From Phoronis australis (taxonomy: Eukaryota > Animalia > Phoronida): a DNA stretch of 64,000 nucleotides. This document shows positions 52,755-64,000 of the stretch, piece after piece. Within the stretch, counting starts at the first letter, position 1. Each line of letters starts with the position of its first letter. Made by a program: the position numbers and the translations under genes. The notes under the pieces were generated by a model. The model was not told the DNA's origin and searched no databases. It was given only the letters and a program-made list of their open reading frames with translations. The stretch spans positions 179,844 to 243,843 of the forward strand of contig NMRA01000155.1 in NCBI GenBank assembly GCA_002633005.1, in the 5' to 3' direction.

Positions 52755-55056
52755 TACGGCCAAATCACAACCAAGGTCCATATTCGGTGGCCACTTTTGG
52801 TGAAAAATGAAGGTTGTCATATAACTGTAAAAGCTGGGTTATTTTAAAGTACCATCATTCCAGTTTTGTAATCTAAAATATTTTTGCACAAGAACCACCG
52901 AATAAAATTTTATGGCCTAATGCATCGCAGTTGTAGAAAAGGGTACGTACACTACAACTTGTGTTCACAACCCACTCACTACCATGCAAAAATTTATAAG
53001 GTAGCTGTTAATTTAATATGTTTTTGATTAAAATAAGAAAAGTTATTACAGTGCTGATCAAGTTGTTCTAGATGATGATACATTGCATATCTTAACACAG
53101 TATAATGAGATCTTCCTTCTTTTGCAATATGATTCTTACAAAAGAAAATGACAAGTAACTACATTTTCAAAAACTTTATTGGTGCTATTTGCCTAGTTTT
53201 TAATACATTCACCAGTTGGTCAAAATAGTTAAACCAATGCTAGGACTAGTGTTTCACTTGTAAACAGTAAAAAATGGTACTGGTTGGGGGGTACCTACAC
53301 TAGCACAGTCAGTCACCGTCAAATTTTGACTACTAAGTTACAAATGTATGGGATGGTCTCGAGTTTTGTGCTGCCTCTACTTGTTGCTTTGTTGCAAGTT
53401 GAAGTTGTCTTAAGAGATAGAGAACCTGCCTCTGCAACATCAGTTGTCACAGGACGTGTCTTCTAGGATTTTCAGTACTAGTCAAGTCCTTGCGGCATTT
53501 TATTGTCCACAAATTTAATAATGTCCATTGTTTTTTTTTGTCAGACTGCATTCATTTTGGAAATATAAGCATTGTTCATGACAACAGCAGTATGTAAAAA
53601 TTCTTGTGGGCACTACTTTATAGCTACATTTCAATGACTTTTCAGGTTTATAAAAAATAATTAAAATCTACTGAGAGTTAGTTCATTTACCAATATTCAA
53701 AGAGAACGAATAAAAAGTACAGCATGCAGTCATGTGCATATCTTTGAGTGTCTGTCATTCTTTGAAAACTGGCACATGTTAAAATATACGCTAATATGCT
53801 AATATTTCCCTTAAAACAATTGTATTTGTAATTAACACCCTTTAAACCTAGCATTTTTAGTGGAGGAAGGTGTCCGTGACAAGTGTTGCTTACTGACCGT
53901 GTAATATTTTTGTTTCATGGTATTTATTCACATGGGGGTACACTGTACGTGCACTACATTTCAATGACATGTCAGGTTTGTAACTAAATACTAAGAATCT
54001 ACTGAGAGTTAGTTGATTTACTAAGCTAATTCAAAGAGAAAAAATAAAAAGCACAGCATTCATGTGCATATCTACCATACTTTGAAAATAGGCGCAAATT
54101 AAAATATGTGAGTACGTACACCACAGAAATGCTAATATTTCACTCAAAACACAAGTATTTGCAATAAACACTCTTTTAACCTAACATTTTTAAGGAAGGA
54201 AACTGTCTATGACCAATGTTGCTCACTTACCAAGTGACATTTTAATTTCTTGACATTTGTAAACAAGAGGGTACGTATACTACAAAAGGGGGTACATACA
54301 CTAGATCACTGTTTCTGCATCACATGGTTACATAATGTTGTATGGCCATTTATTTTTCTTTGGTGATAATAAGCACCATGTTTTTATTTAAAAGGCAATA
54401 ATTTCATTTGCAATGACCATTTGTGTTACTGAGTTTCCACATGGGGTTACGTACACTACATTTTGTTAGTCTTTTTGGCCCATTTTCAACATAGCAGAAC
54501 CCATTCAATATCCAAACTTTTGGTTTGTTTATATATTGAATAATTTGCTGTGTTGCCTAGGCTGACATATTTTGCAGTTCTTTTCGTAACAGCGTGTGAG
54601 CTTTAGTTTGTAACCTTCTTTAGAGTAGGTGAGGGTTAGAAACACAGAATTTACAAATTTCGTAACGAGTGCCTGTTTTATGATGAACCCTACCATTTCT
54701 CCATGATTAAGCACAACTTCATCTAATTGACTCTGAAAGTGACTCAAGTTATTCCCATTCATATCAAAACAATTGCTTGCTTGATAAAATAAATGTCTTT
54801 TATACTCTTGACAGTTGAAAATAGTTATTTTTAAAATGGCCACTCGTAACGCTAAAAATGCATGAAATTCATAGACAAAAACATGCACAAACTTCTCAAA
54901 CATTGTCCGATTTTGATGATTCTTTTTTTAATTTGCAAAACTAAATAACTGTTTGCAGAATAAGATTCAGTTGGCATTTGGTAAGTGACCAAAAATTATT
55001 TTAGACCGTAACACAGTCAACTCTCGAATATGGACCTTGATTGTGATTTAGCCGTT
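52755..55056. mobile_element. Non-autonomous TIR DNA transposon, about 2.3 kb
   Basis: TIR ACGGCCAAATCACAACCAAGGTCCATATTCG (52756-52786) versus the reverse complement of 55025-55055, with 2 mismatches. Internal GGGTACGTACACTAC motifs and an internal duplication of about 340 bp. No transposase ORF. Confidence 0.8.
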
Positions 55057-55888
55057 AACATGTCATAAAGGGAGTCTGACAATACAACGGGTTTTAAAAA
55101 TCCTCCAGTTTTGACTGAAGGGGAACCGGTTTAAGATTGGGTCCTAATGTTCAAACCAATATTAATTGGCTTTTCATTTCCTTTCAGTTGTAGAAATCCA
55201 TTTTTATCATACTTTGAAATGACGAAGAATTGATGTTAACAAGGATAAATTGGGAAAGGTTCTTAGTGGAGGGCCACCACAGTCGCTCCTGTGGGATGCT
55301 CTCGTCCCCTGCACTTTGCCAAACTCATGGCACGTGATTACACCAACCAATAAAACGGTGGAAATAAGTCATGTAGCCAATCACAAAGGAGTAACTGGAC
55401 CGGTCTAAAATGTACAAGTCGTCAATCACAGCTTAAGTTGTATTGTACAATGTACATGTATTTATTCATAATGCCACACAGAAACTGAATAAGATGCCCT
55501 TATTTAGAATATATTAATGGGAAAATATTTCACGTTGAGCAAAGCCCTGAGGTCCGAAAACAACGTCAACAGGATGAATATTCAATAATTGAAAAATATC
55601 TGGAACCAAACATGTTCCGCGTCGGAAGCTTGATTTAATATTCTGGCCTCTTTGCACGTCCGGTTGGGTAATTAGACAGTTTATGGCAGCATCGCCCTAG
55701 CCGAGTCCGCTTCGTAGCTGACATTGTCGATTGCAAATAATCGGCTAGCTATTGTGCTGCAGACTTTAAGCACTTAAAAATCAATGAACAATACTGGCTT
55801 TACTAAAGCTGCGCCAGTGGTTTCAGAGTTGGGAAAATTGAAACACCAGGCCATATATCTCTGAGCATGTAAATTTCTTCTTTTTAAG

Positions 55889-57009
55889 ATCTGCAGTTTG
55901 GAAATGGAGAATGGAAGTCGTCGGCAAAACAACGTGGACATGGCCGTGGGCGTGGTAGAGGACGTGGTCGAGGGAGTGGCCCAGTGAAAAGAGGTGGTGA
56001 ATTTACCAGGATATATGTCAAGCAGTCTCATGTGTTACTTATGAAAAACGTCTCTTCGGAATATGATCAAATAGGATTTAAAGAATACTTGGGAGAGTGT
56101 CAAGTTCAGGAAAGAGACGTCGCTAAATCTGAACCGTACATTATCAACCCTTCTGAAGATAATGATGGAATGTCGCTTGCTGAGGAAGAGTTTAGAGTGG
56201 CGTTTGACCGACAACTTCAGGAACTTCGTAAACAGTTACAGACGCATGATGATCAAATCGGCTTCGCCGTGCGATTTGGAAAGTTATATATTCGCGATGC
56301 TCCCCCTTTTGCCCTCACCCACATTAAGTTCAAAGAGCTTCTAGTCAGTAAAAATTACAAAGAAAGAATCAGAAGCTCATTTATACCGGCTCACGTCGAC
56401 GGCATCAAGGCGGAGACCTATTTGAAAAGTCTTGGATTCACGGAATCGACCGTTGAAGAGGAGAAGGAAGTGGAGGAATGGTTCGTGAACGTGCTTACAA
56501 AAGATGGCTCAGGTCGGACCAAGATTGTCTTAGATAATGCTCTCAAATTTAAGGAGTTGTCACCTCTCGATCAAAAATGGTTGCGAGTCGACATCAAGTG
56601 CGATGGTGACCGAGACGTACGCTTTGTTGTGCAGAGTTTTTCCCATGTGAATGACGTCTGCTGTGACGAATTCAAGGATCGCCCAATTCTTGCTTTCAAC
56701 GAAGACAATCCTGAAGGTGTCGAAGTTTGCCACTACTTTCGAAATTGCGACGCATACGTCCGCCATAAAAAGCAGCGCACTTTTCGACGCCTGCCATCGG
56801 CTGACTATCCAGAAATTGTAGTTGAGATTGCCACCGTTCGAGAGCTGGCAGAAGAAGTTGATGGTGAATTCATGCGACCCTTACCTGAAAGATGTGAAGT
56901 GGTATTTCACCCCATCGTGGAAAATATCAATGATCTCGATGCGTGCGAATTTCTCAGAAATTATATGTGGAAATTCTGCCTTGATTTTGCAGAGCAGTTT
57001 AAAGAATAG
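55889..57009 (+). CDS. Terminal exon of an uncharacterised protein: N-terminal RG repeats and a possible CYTH/triphosphate-tunnel-like domain
   Basis: Open frame from acceptor TTTTTAAG|AT (55889): DLQFGNGEWKSSAKQRGHGRGRGRGRGRGSG... to TAG 57009. A phase-compatible first exon ATGAACGAATATGCAG|GTAAG lies at 50917-50932 (MNEYA|D). The fold call is inference. Confidence 0.75.
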
Positions 57010-57733
57010 TTTTTCAATTGTTACTTCAGATATTTGTTCTTACATGTACGTTTGTGAACGAAAGACTAGACGGGTTAATTCAAATGCATGTCTGCTGATA
57101 TCTGGCAGTGACTACATGTTTGTAACTCACCACATCTATACAGTTTTTGTTTACGCTCAGGCAAAATTACATTGTGCTGCTTTTCTAAATGCTGGACTTT
57201 TGTGGAATAACCTAAATATCAAGTTGACAATGTAAAAGTATCTATTTTTAAAAAACTTTGAAAGTTTGTGTGGTTTAAAAGGGGACTTCATACAAATTTG
57301 CCATTGGATTGATCGGGTGATCTTAAAATTCAAGCAAAAAGCATCAAAATCAGCTGTAACATAACCAAATTCATCGTTGTATAAAAACATGTATTTAAGG
57401 TGATATCCCTGAAACATTAAATAAAACTCTTTAAATTTTATATTAGTTTTATATGATTTTTTTTAAAATTTGGACCATTCAAGTCCGAACCTTTGGTAGC
57501 TCTTGATGCAAAAACAATAAAATTTTAAACACGAGACCTTATAACGTTTTGAAGAAGAGTGAAAAAACAATGACTTGAAAAGTTTTCGTTATTTTAATCT
57601 GGTCGCAGTAGTTTCCAAGATTATCGTGTGGACTAGATTACATGTAGTCTGGCAATGAAACTGATCTCCGCGGGCACTAATGCAGTAACATGAGGTATTC
57701 ACTAAATGAGAAGCTGAATTTCGCCTTTTTAAG

Positions 57734-57987
57734 ACTCCTATCATGGACATGGAACAAGGCAGGCCTCGAGAAAACAACATGATGTGGTCATGGTTGTGAG
57801 AGTGGCAGACGACATGACCGAGGGATTGGTACAGGAATTGGCGGTGGTGAAATTACCAAGAAATATGTTATTCCATCCAATTTGTTGCTCTTGGAAAAAT
57901 CTTCAGCGAATATGCCCAAACACTGTTTAGGACCACTTTGTGGAGCGTTATGCTGACGATAAAGACGTCGCTAAGTCCGATCCGTAG
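57734..57987 (+). pseudogene. Truncated, frameshifted duplicate of the 5' part of the 55889 exon
   Basis: Same TTTTTAAG acceptor. GGEITKKYVIPSNLLLL versus GGEFTRIYVKQSHVLLM, and DKDVAKSDP* versus ERDVAKSEPY. Confidence 0.8.
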
Positions 57988-57989
57988 CT

Positions 57990-60900
57990 ACCCCAAGTAC
58001 TAGGTGATTTTGCCATCTGAAATAACAGTCTAAGAAATTGGTGTTTCGGTGTAATTCGACGTAGGATGATGAAATTCGGCCAACTCGATATCGTGCAAAA
58101 GGCAGCTTCTGGAAACTTGAGTGCCTATTTTCAATTGGGGCAGTGTGCCAAGCCCCTGGCTGGCCAAACTTTCAAAGTGCACCTCTTCAAAGCGTGACCC
58201 TAATCCAGCGAACTTTCCCCAAACGGGTCCCTAACAAAGAGAATGTTGACCTTAGACGAAATAGACGAAATCGTAAGCCTAACCGACACAAGTTTCCGAC
58301 CCTATGTTCCATTTACTTATTCTGAGGTGATGCTCTCTCCTGCTTCTTTACAGAATGAATTTTGCAGTACATCTGGCTAGAAAAATCTTTCTAGTATCCT
58401 AACCGTATACATGTTTAAGTCTAAACACAGTGACTCTGTCTGGCAAGTTTCTGTTTGCTGCTCTCCACAGGGTTGGTCTGCCAAGCAGCAAAGTCCGCAC
58501 GCCTACGGATATAAGCTAGCATCGGAGACTGAGGACTATCGGTTCTATAGAGTACACTCTCTCGCAAAGATCCATCGTGAGGATGTATTCGACTATATCT
58601 TGACGGGTGGAGAAGAAAAATTTGGATACCCACTCATTTAAAGAGGCGTCTCAAAAACGGACCTTTTGAAGGTATCTTCAAATTTCCTTTCGAAGAATTT
58701 GCACCAGCAATACCTTTTTCTTTGAAATTAAAACAATGAACTTTCTGCAGAACTTTTAAGTTTGAAAAGAGAATTTTTTAAATTCTTTTGTAGAGAACTT
58801 TGTCGGAAAGAACGCCCTTTCACAGGGACTAAGGCGGAACCTCTTTGTGAGGAATGTGATCGCCCGTCTGGAGTAGTACGTTGCCAGATAAAATTCTACA
58901 GGGCTTCTGCTGGAGTGTGTCGCGGGAAAAGGCAGGTGAAATTGCACAAAATTTACTTAAACAGTGCCTACAGTACTTGGGACTGTTTCATGCAAACGGG
59001 CACAGGTGTCTGTGTCGCCCAGTGACGTCGCGCCATATTTTGAAAGGGTCAAGGGTCGTGTCCCCAAGAATTATCCCACGTTGCTAGCCATTAGGTCATT
59101 GTGTGGGTGTTAATTCAGGAATACCTAAATGATAATAACCATCAAACTTTTTTTAAGAAATAATTTTAACGGAGGATATCTGTCTTCGTCAACTTTGTCA
59201 TATTACGTTTCAATGAACCGGTTCACTACATCGCAGAAACTGCATAACAAAGAGCGCATATGCAGCATGCATCCTAAAATATAGGGAAGCTCGAATTTTT
59301 CAGTATATGGACCTTTTGTTGAAAAAAACGGGACCTAAGAAACTGTTTACTACGTTCAGACCTGTGTATTGTGCATTCGCACCTAATTCCTATGGATTTT
59401 TGTCTCGTTTTCTCAGACTTTTTGTTTCTCAGAGGCGGACCTTTTTGCCCAATTCGCCTAAGTGGGGTCTCGTTCGAGCAAGGATTCTTTGGTTTCTTAT
59501 TTACATACTATTTCTGAGTGTACGAAAATCGATTGATTCCTTGATGTTTGGTGACAATTATTACATGATTTTATAAGAAATTGTTGATTGGTAGGTGAGT
59601 TTTAGTGTAAACTGAAATTCGTTAAATCTTAACACTGTCCCAAGTATCAGTTAATTTTGGCAATCTGAAATTACCGTCTATTAAATTTGGGCTTCGGTGA
59701 AATTCGACGTAGACTGACGAGATTTGGGCAACTCAATATCATACAAAGGGCAGCCTCTGGAAACTCGAGTACCCATTTTGAACTAGGGCAATGAACAACA
59801 GTCCGTAGTTGGCACCGCGTCCTTTCAAACTTCACCCATTCAGAGTGTGACCCTTTTTAAAGCGAATTTTCCCCAAACTGGACCAAGAGATTCTTGACCT
59901 CAGTTCTCATCCACGTTCTAGAAAAAGACGAAATCATAACCTACGTTTCCGACATATAGTTCCATTCACACATTCTAAGGCTTTATGCTCCCTAAGGAAT
60001 TACTTTAATTGGCGGTACATCTGTCTAGCAGCCTATATTCAAAATCATTATAATCTAAACGCGTAACTTAACCGGGTACATGATTAAGTCTAAAAAGTGT
60101 CTCCTTATCGCAAATAATGCAGAATCATGGATACTAAACGTTCTATAGTAGCTGCTTTCAGAGAGTTTGATTCATAAACCGGTAAAGATATTTGTACGTC
60201 TTTGGCGATAGGGTTGGGGGGTGACTTTGCGACGATCGAAAAGGGGGAAGGGTGCGAAAGCTCGTGATCACATAAGCTTTTCTCGCAAGTGGCTTGATTT
60301 TATAGCGTTGACTTACACACAACGGATTTATTACGAGGGCTACCCGACTATATATTTACTGGGCATAGTGCAGTTGGAAAGTTTGGATACCTACCCTTAG
60401 AGAGTCATCTCGGAAAATGACCCATTTGAAGGGATCCTCAAATGGATCCACCATATTCTTTAGACACTTTCTACACAGTTTGAATCGCGTAATTTTATAA
60501 AATGTGCGACCCCTAGTGAGCCCTTTTGTAGAGAATTGTGTCAGAAAGAACACCTTTCGTAGGGAATCAGAGGGAACCGTTTATAAGGAAACTCAACATA
60601 AAAATCAATGTTCTGAGAGGTGCATTTCAGAAGATAACAGAATGGGGTATTTGTGTGAGTGTAACACTTCGCAAAATATTTACATGTGGTTAATTTCGTT
60701 TTGTAGCTGTTTGAAGCTGTTTCATGCAAACGGGCACAGGTGCCAGTTTGATGCTCTCAATGGTGCAAATGACGAATCGAGGCCAACCCAGAAGGCAAAG
60801 CTCATATGTCGTGCATGCAGACGGGCCATGGTTATTTCGATATACTCGGTAGATGAGCAAGAAATATGTGAGACGGCTTGATTTACCTTAGTCAAGTTTT

Positions 60901-62720
60901 TCAAAAGGACTTGCCTCTTGCTCTGCTGAATAGTCATGGACGCTTACTAAGCTATGTATATGTACATGTAGCTATGTTAGATTCAAGTGTAGTATTTCTA
61001 TTTGGATTTCTGTTGCGAGCAAGAGCAATGTTGTTATAAGGTACGTGTAAATAGTACATGTATCGCAGGAATTATAACTTAGCGCAGTTCTTGTGGTTAG
61101 TTTCACCATGTACGGTGCTCAGTGATCATAAGATTATGTCGGATACCGGGTAATTTTTGCCAGACAGTCTGAAATAAACATGAATGATATTTGTATTTCA
61201 GTGTAAATTGACTTAGAATGACGATATTCGGGCAACTAATTCATCAACATGCAAGGAGCAGCCACGGGACACTAGGACATGCACCTCGGCCCGTATTTGG
61301 AACCGCATCGAGTTTTTCGTCACCAGGATCTGCTACGATATGGTATCTACCGAGCAATCAGGAATAATCGTTCGTCGGCGTATACTGTATGAGCTTCGCC
61401 TTCTGGGTCACGCTCGGCCTCAGTTAGCTCACTACTAGAGGTTGAAACAGGTGACTGTGCCCGGTTGAATAAAACAGTCTCAAATAGCTACCAAACTATA
61501 TTCCGTAAGTACTCTGCACACAGACCCGAGCTATTCTCCCACAGAAGCCCTATTTGATTTCTTGTTGGAATGCACATCTCAGGACAGTGATTTTTTACGA
61601 CCAGTTTCTCCACAAACGGTTCCCTCTGAGTACGTACATGTACAAATGGATGCTTTTGTCGACACAATTCTCTTCATTAGTACGAAACGGTGATGACTGG
61701 AAGAAAATCTACAAGAAGGACATTTTAAAGGATCCATTTGAGGGTCCCTTCATGTAGCTCTTTTTTCGAGATGACACTCTGGGGTGGTTGTCCAACCTCT
61801 CCAACTGCAGCCCAGTCCATGCGCGCACCCAGCCTGAGATATAGGGGGTTCGAATTTTAGAGAATGTGGACCTTTTACTAAAAAATAAGCACTGGGTCTA
61901 AAAAACCAAGAAAAACGGGACTACAAAATAAAAAGCGGATGCTATGTTCAAAGCTATGTATTGGGCATTCGCGCCGAATTCCAGCCTTTTTAGTGAAGTT
62001 AGTGTCTCATTTTCTCGAACTTTTCGTTTCTCGGAGGCGGACCGTTTTGCCCACTTCGCTAAATGGGAGCATAGTTCGAGCCCCCTCGAGCCCCCCCCCC
62101 ACCCGGGTGGGCACCTGCAGTCAAAATATAATCGGATAACCCATAGTTGTAATAGACCTTGCATGCAAGTGGACGTTATGAACCCAACTAGCCACTCGCG
62201 AGAAAAGCTAGTGCTCACAAGCTTCTGAACCCCTGCAATCTACTGATCGTCACCAATTCATCTCTCCAATCGAAATAAGCGTGAGAACCTTTGATGTTTA
62301 GTAGCAAACCCTGTAGACTCAGCTACCACAAACTGATACCCACGTGCTTCGACAAACTTTTGGGTGAAGGGTCAGTCACTTTTCAGTAGAGCAAAGCCTG
62401 TAGCCGGACTGTTAAGGCGTTTATGTTATGATCATTTTGAATAGGCTGATGTACCGCCAAAATAAATTCTTTAGGGAGGAGAGAGCATAAACTATGAATA
62501 GCTGGAGCAATTGTGTCGGAAATTTAGGTTATGATTTCGTTTACTTCTGATAATGTGAATGAGGCTTACAAGGTCATGAATCTCCTTTTTAGGGTCCAAT
62601 TTGAATGATGTCATTAAAAACTAAACTTTTCATGATGTTGCAAAAAATTGGCATTTTGCTGCTGAAATTGTGATGGGCTCCGTTGGGCCGGCTTTCGGTG
62701 CCATTGCGCCACCTATTGGC
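57990..62720. pseudogene. Cluster of 3 decayed paralogous coding relics (about 57990-59060 +, 59635-60880 +, 61440-62720 -) and a fragment at 61150-61262
   Basis: Shared DNA blocks such as GAGAA.T.TGTC.G.AA, CTGTTTCATGCAAACGGGCACAGG and ACGAAATC.TAA.C; shared peptides DYI.TG, RELC.K.HPF and LFHANGHRC; many stops and frameshifts. Confidence 0.65.
61818..62117. mobile_element. 300-bp MITE, TIR CATGCGCGCACCC / GGGTGGGCACCTG, 5-bp TSD CAGTC; family copies at about 14740-14840, 17330-17540, 49245-49450, 50030-50240 and 59265-59480
   Basis: CAGTC at 61813-61817 and 62118-62122. Shared body GGACCTTTT..GCATTCGC.CCGAATT..TCTCGTTTTCTC..CCCACTTCGC.AAATGGG..TCGAGCCCC. Confidence 0.85.
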
Positions 62721-64000
62721 CAATTTCCCCGATCCTTCAATCAACACTGTTCTTCTCTTCCATGAGGTGGCATACATGTCACAAAAATCGGAACTGGTTT
62801 CATTTCGTTACAAGTCTTCAGTATTTTAATACCAGCAAACACAATTTGCTGCGAAGCTGTCTTCATCTCCCCAGAAATATCGCAAAATTTGAGTAGGAAA
62901 TGGCACGTGCGTGTGTCACAATTGTTTTCAAAACGACGACTGGGCCTTCTTTGTTACAAAAAGGCGGAGAATTACGCAAAAGTGGCGTTTATTAGGTTGA
63001 TTTTTCCATTTGAACGGCTCCCACTGTCAAGGTGACTGTCAGTACATTCCCACAGATTCTGCATGCACGACATCCCCGCCGCCGGTCGTTTTTATAGCTC
63101 CAAGTTTCACAACGAGGTGACGAGCTAAGCTTCCCGGGTCATCGTGAACTTTTTGGTGTCTAACGGAGCTCAAGACCCAACTACCCAGCTGTAAGATGAT
63201 GATAGTCTTCATAGTACTAGCTGGCTTCCTATCTTAGTTTGCGCGTTAGTGACTTTTGTAAATACATTTGATACTTTGTGGACAATGGCAGTATTTTAAT
63301 GCTTCCTTAGTTTTGACTTTACAGAATATAGCTGATTACCGTACATTAAGTTATGGCAGGGTCAAATGTTCTAGAAAGAAAAAAATTCATTGCTGGCAAA
63401 GAATCCCGGAGCCGCACGCCCTGTCTAAGTCTGGCAGAAATTCTGATTGAAGCTTTAAAATAAAACGGTCTCTTCAACAAATATCCCTGTCTCTTGCGAT
63501 GAACACCAATGTTCACTTGAAGGTGTAGCTATTCCCCTTGGCCTTTCCCATACAGTAGCTGGTAACGGCTAGTTATTTATAAACCCCATTTTTGCTTAAG
63601 AAGTGTGTTATGTATGCAAAAACGTTTTATTTTAAATAAAGTAATTTAAAACTAACAACCTCTTTTGTCACTGGAAATCGAATGTCAAATTTTTAAACGG
63701 TAAAATTTAAATCCAAATTTGCCTGCCCATTAACGGTTTAGCTGTTCATGTTGTACATGTACTTAATTTGGATATTAACCTTTACCTCCAGGTTGAAAAT
63801 TGATGACTAACTTATTGGTTATAAGCAATGAAAGTTTTGCCAACATGGTATCTCGAAAACAGCTTTTCAAACTCAAATGAAACAGACACTATGCTATCGA
63901 CTTTGATCTCCAAAGTGATTGTTAAACAGGCTTGTTTTTAAATAAGATATCAATCAAATACCATCGAAAATTGAGGTTTTGCATAAACCAAAAAGAATAC

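Noticed and set aside
55530-55575. TTGAGCAAAGCCCTGAGGTCCGAAA, resembling a degenerate Penelope-type hammerhead core
   Set aside because: It lacks the CTGANGA core and convincing stems.

Overview
AT-rich, intron-rich animal DNA, most likely from a marine invertebrate (lophotrochozoan- or cephalochordate-like; inferred, not provable from the sequence). From left to right: (1) the right half of a decayed, intron-containing Academ (XPG-type) DNA transposon, inserted into exon 1 of a pseudogenised PARP12/ZAP-like paralog; (2) a decayed CR1/L2 LINE; (3) an apparently intact 7-exon PARP12/ZAP-like gene on the minus strand (5 CCCH, 2 WWE, H-Y-I ART domain, about 650 aa). It has a compact STAT+CRE+NF-kB promoter and a candidate stop-bearing exon that could yield a PARP-less short isoform; (4) a 24-exon ZNF236 orthologue on the minus strand (about 1620 aa); (5) an uncharacterised RG-repeat protein with a possible CYTH/TTM-like fold, followed by a truncated copy; (6) a cluster of decayed paralogous relics with weak kinase/KEN (IRE1/RNase L)-like motifs. 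MITEs with 5-6 bp TSDs, an internally deleted RTE LINE, minisatellites and a strong excess of TACATGTA (probable transposon-excision footprints, one in frame inside the PARP12 exon) are scattered throughout. All exon models and alignments were built by eye; no database searches were run.
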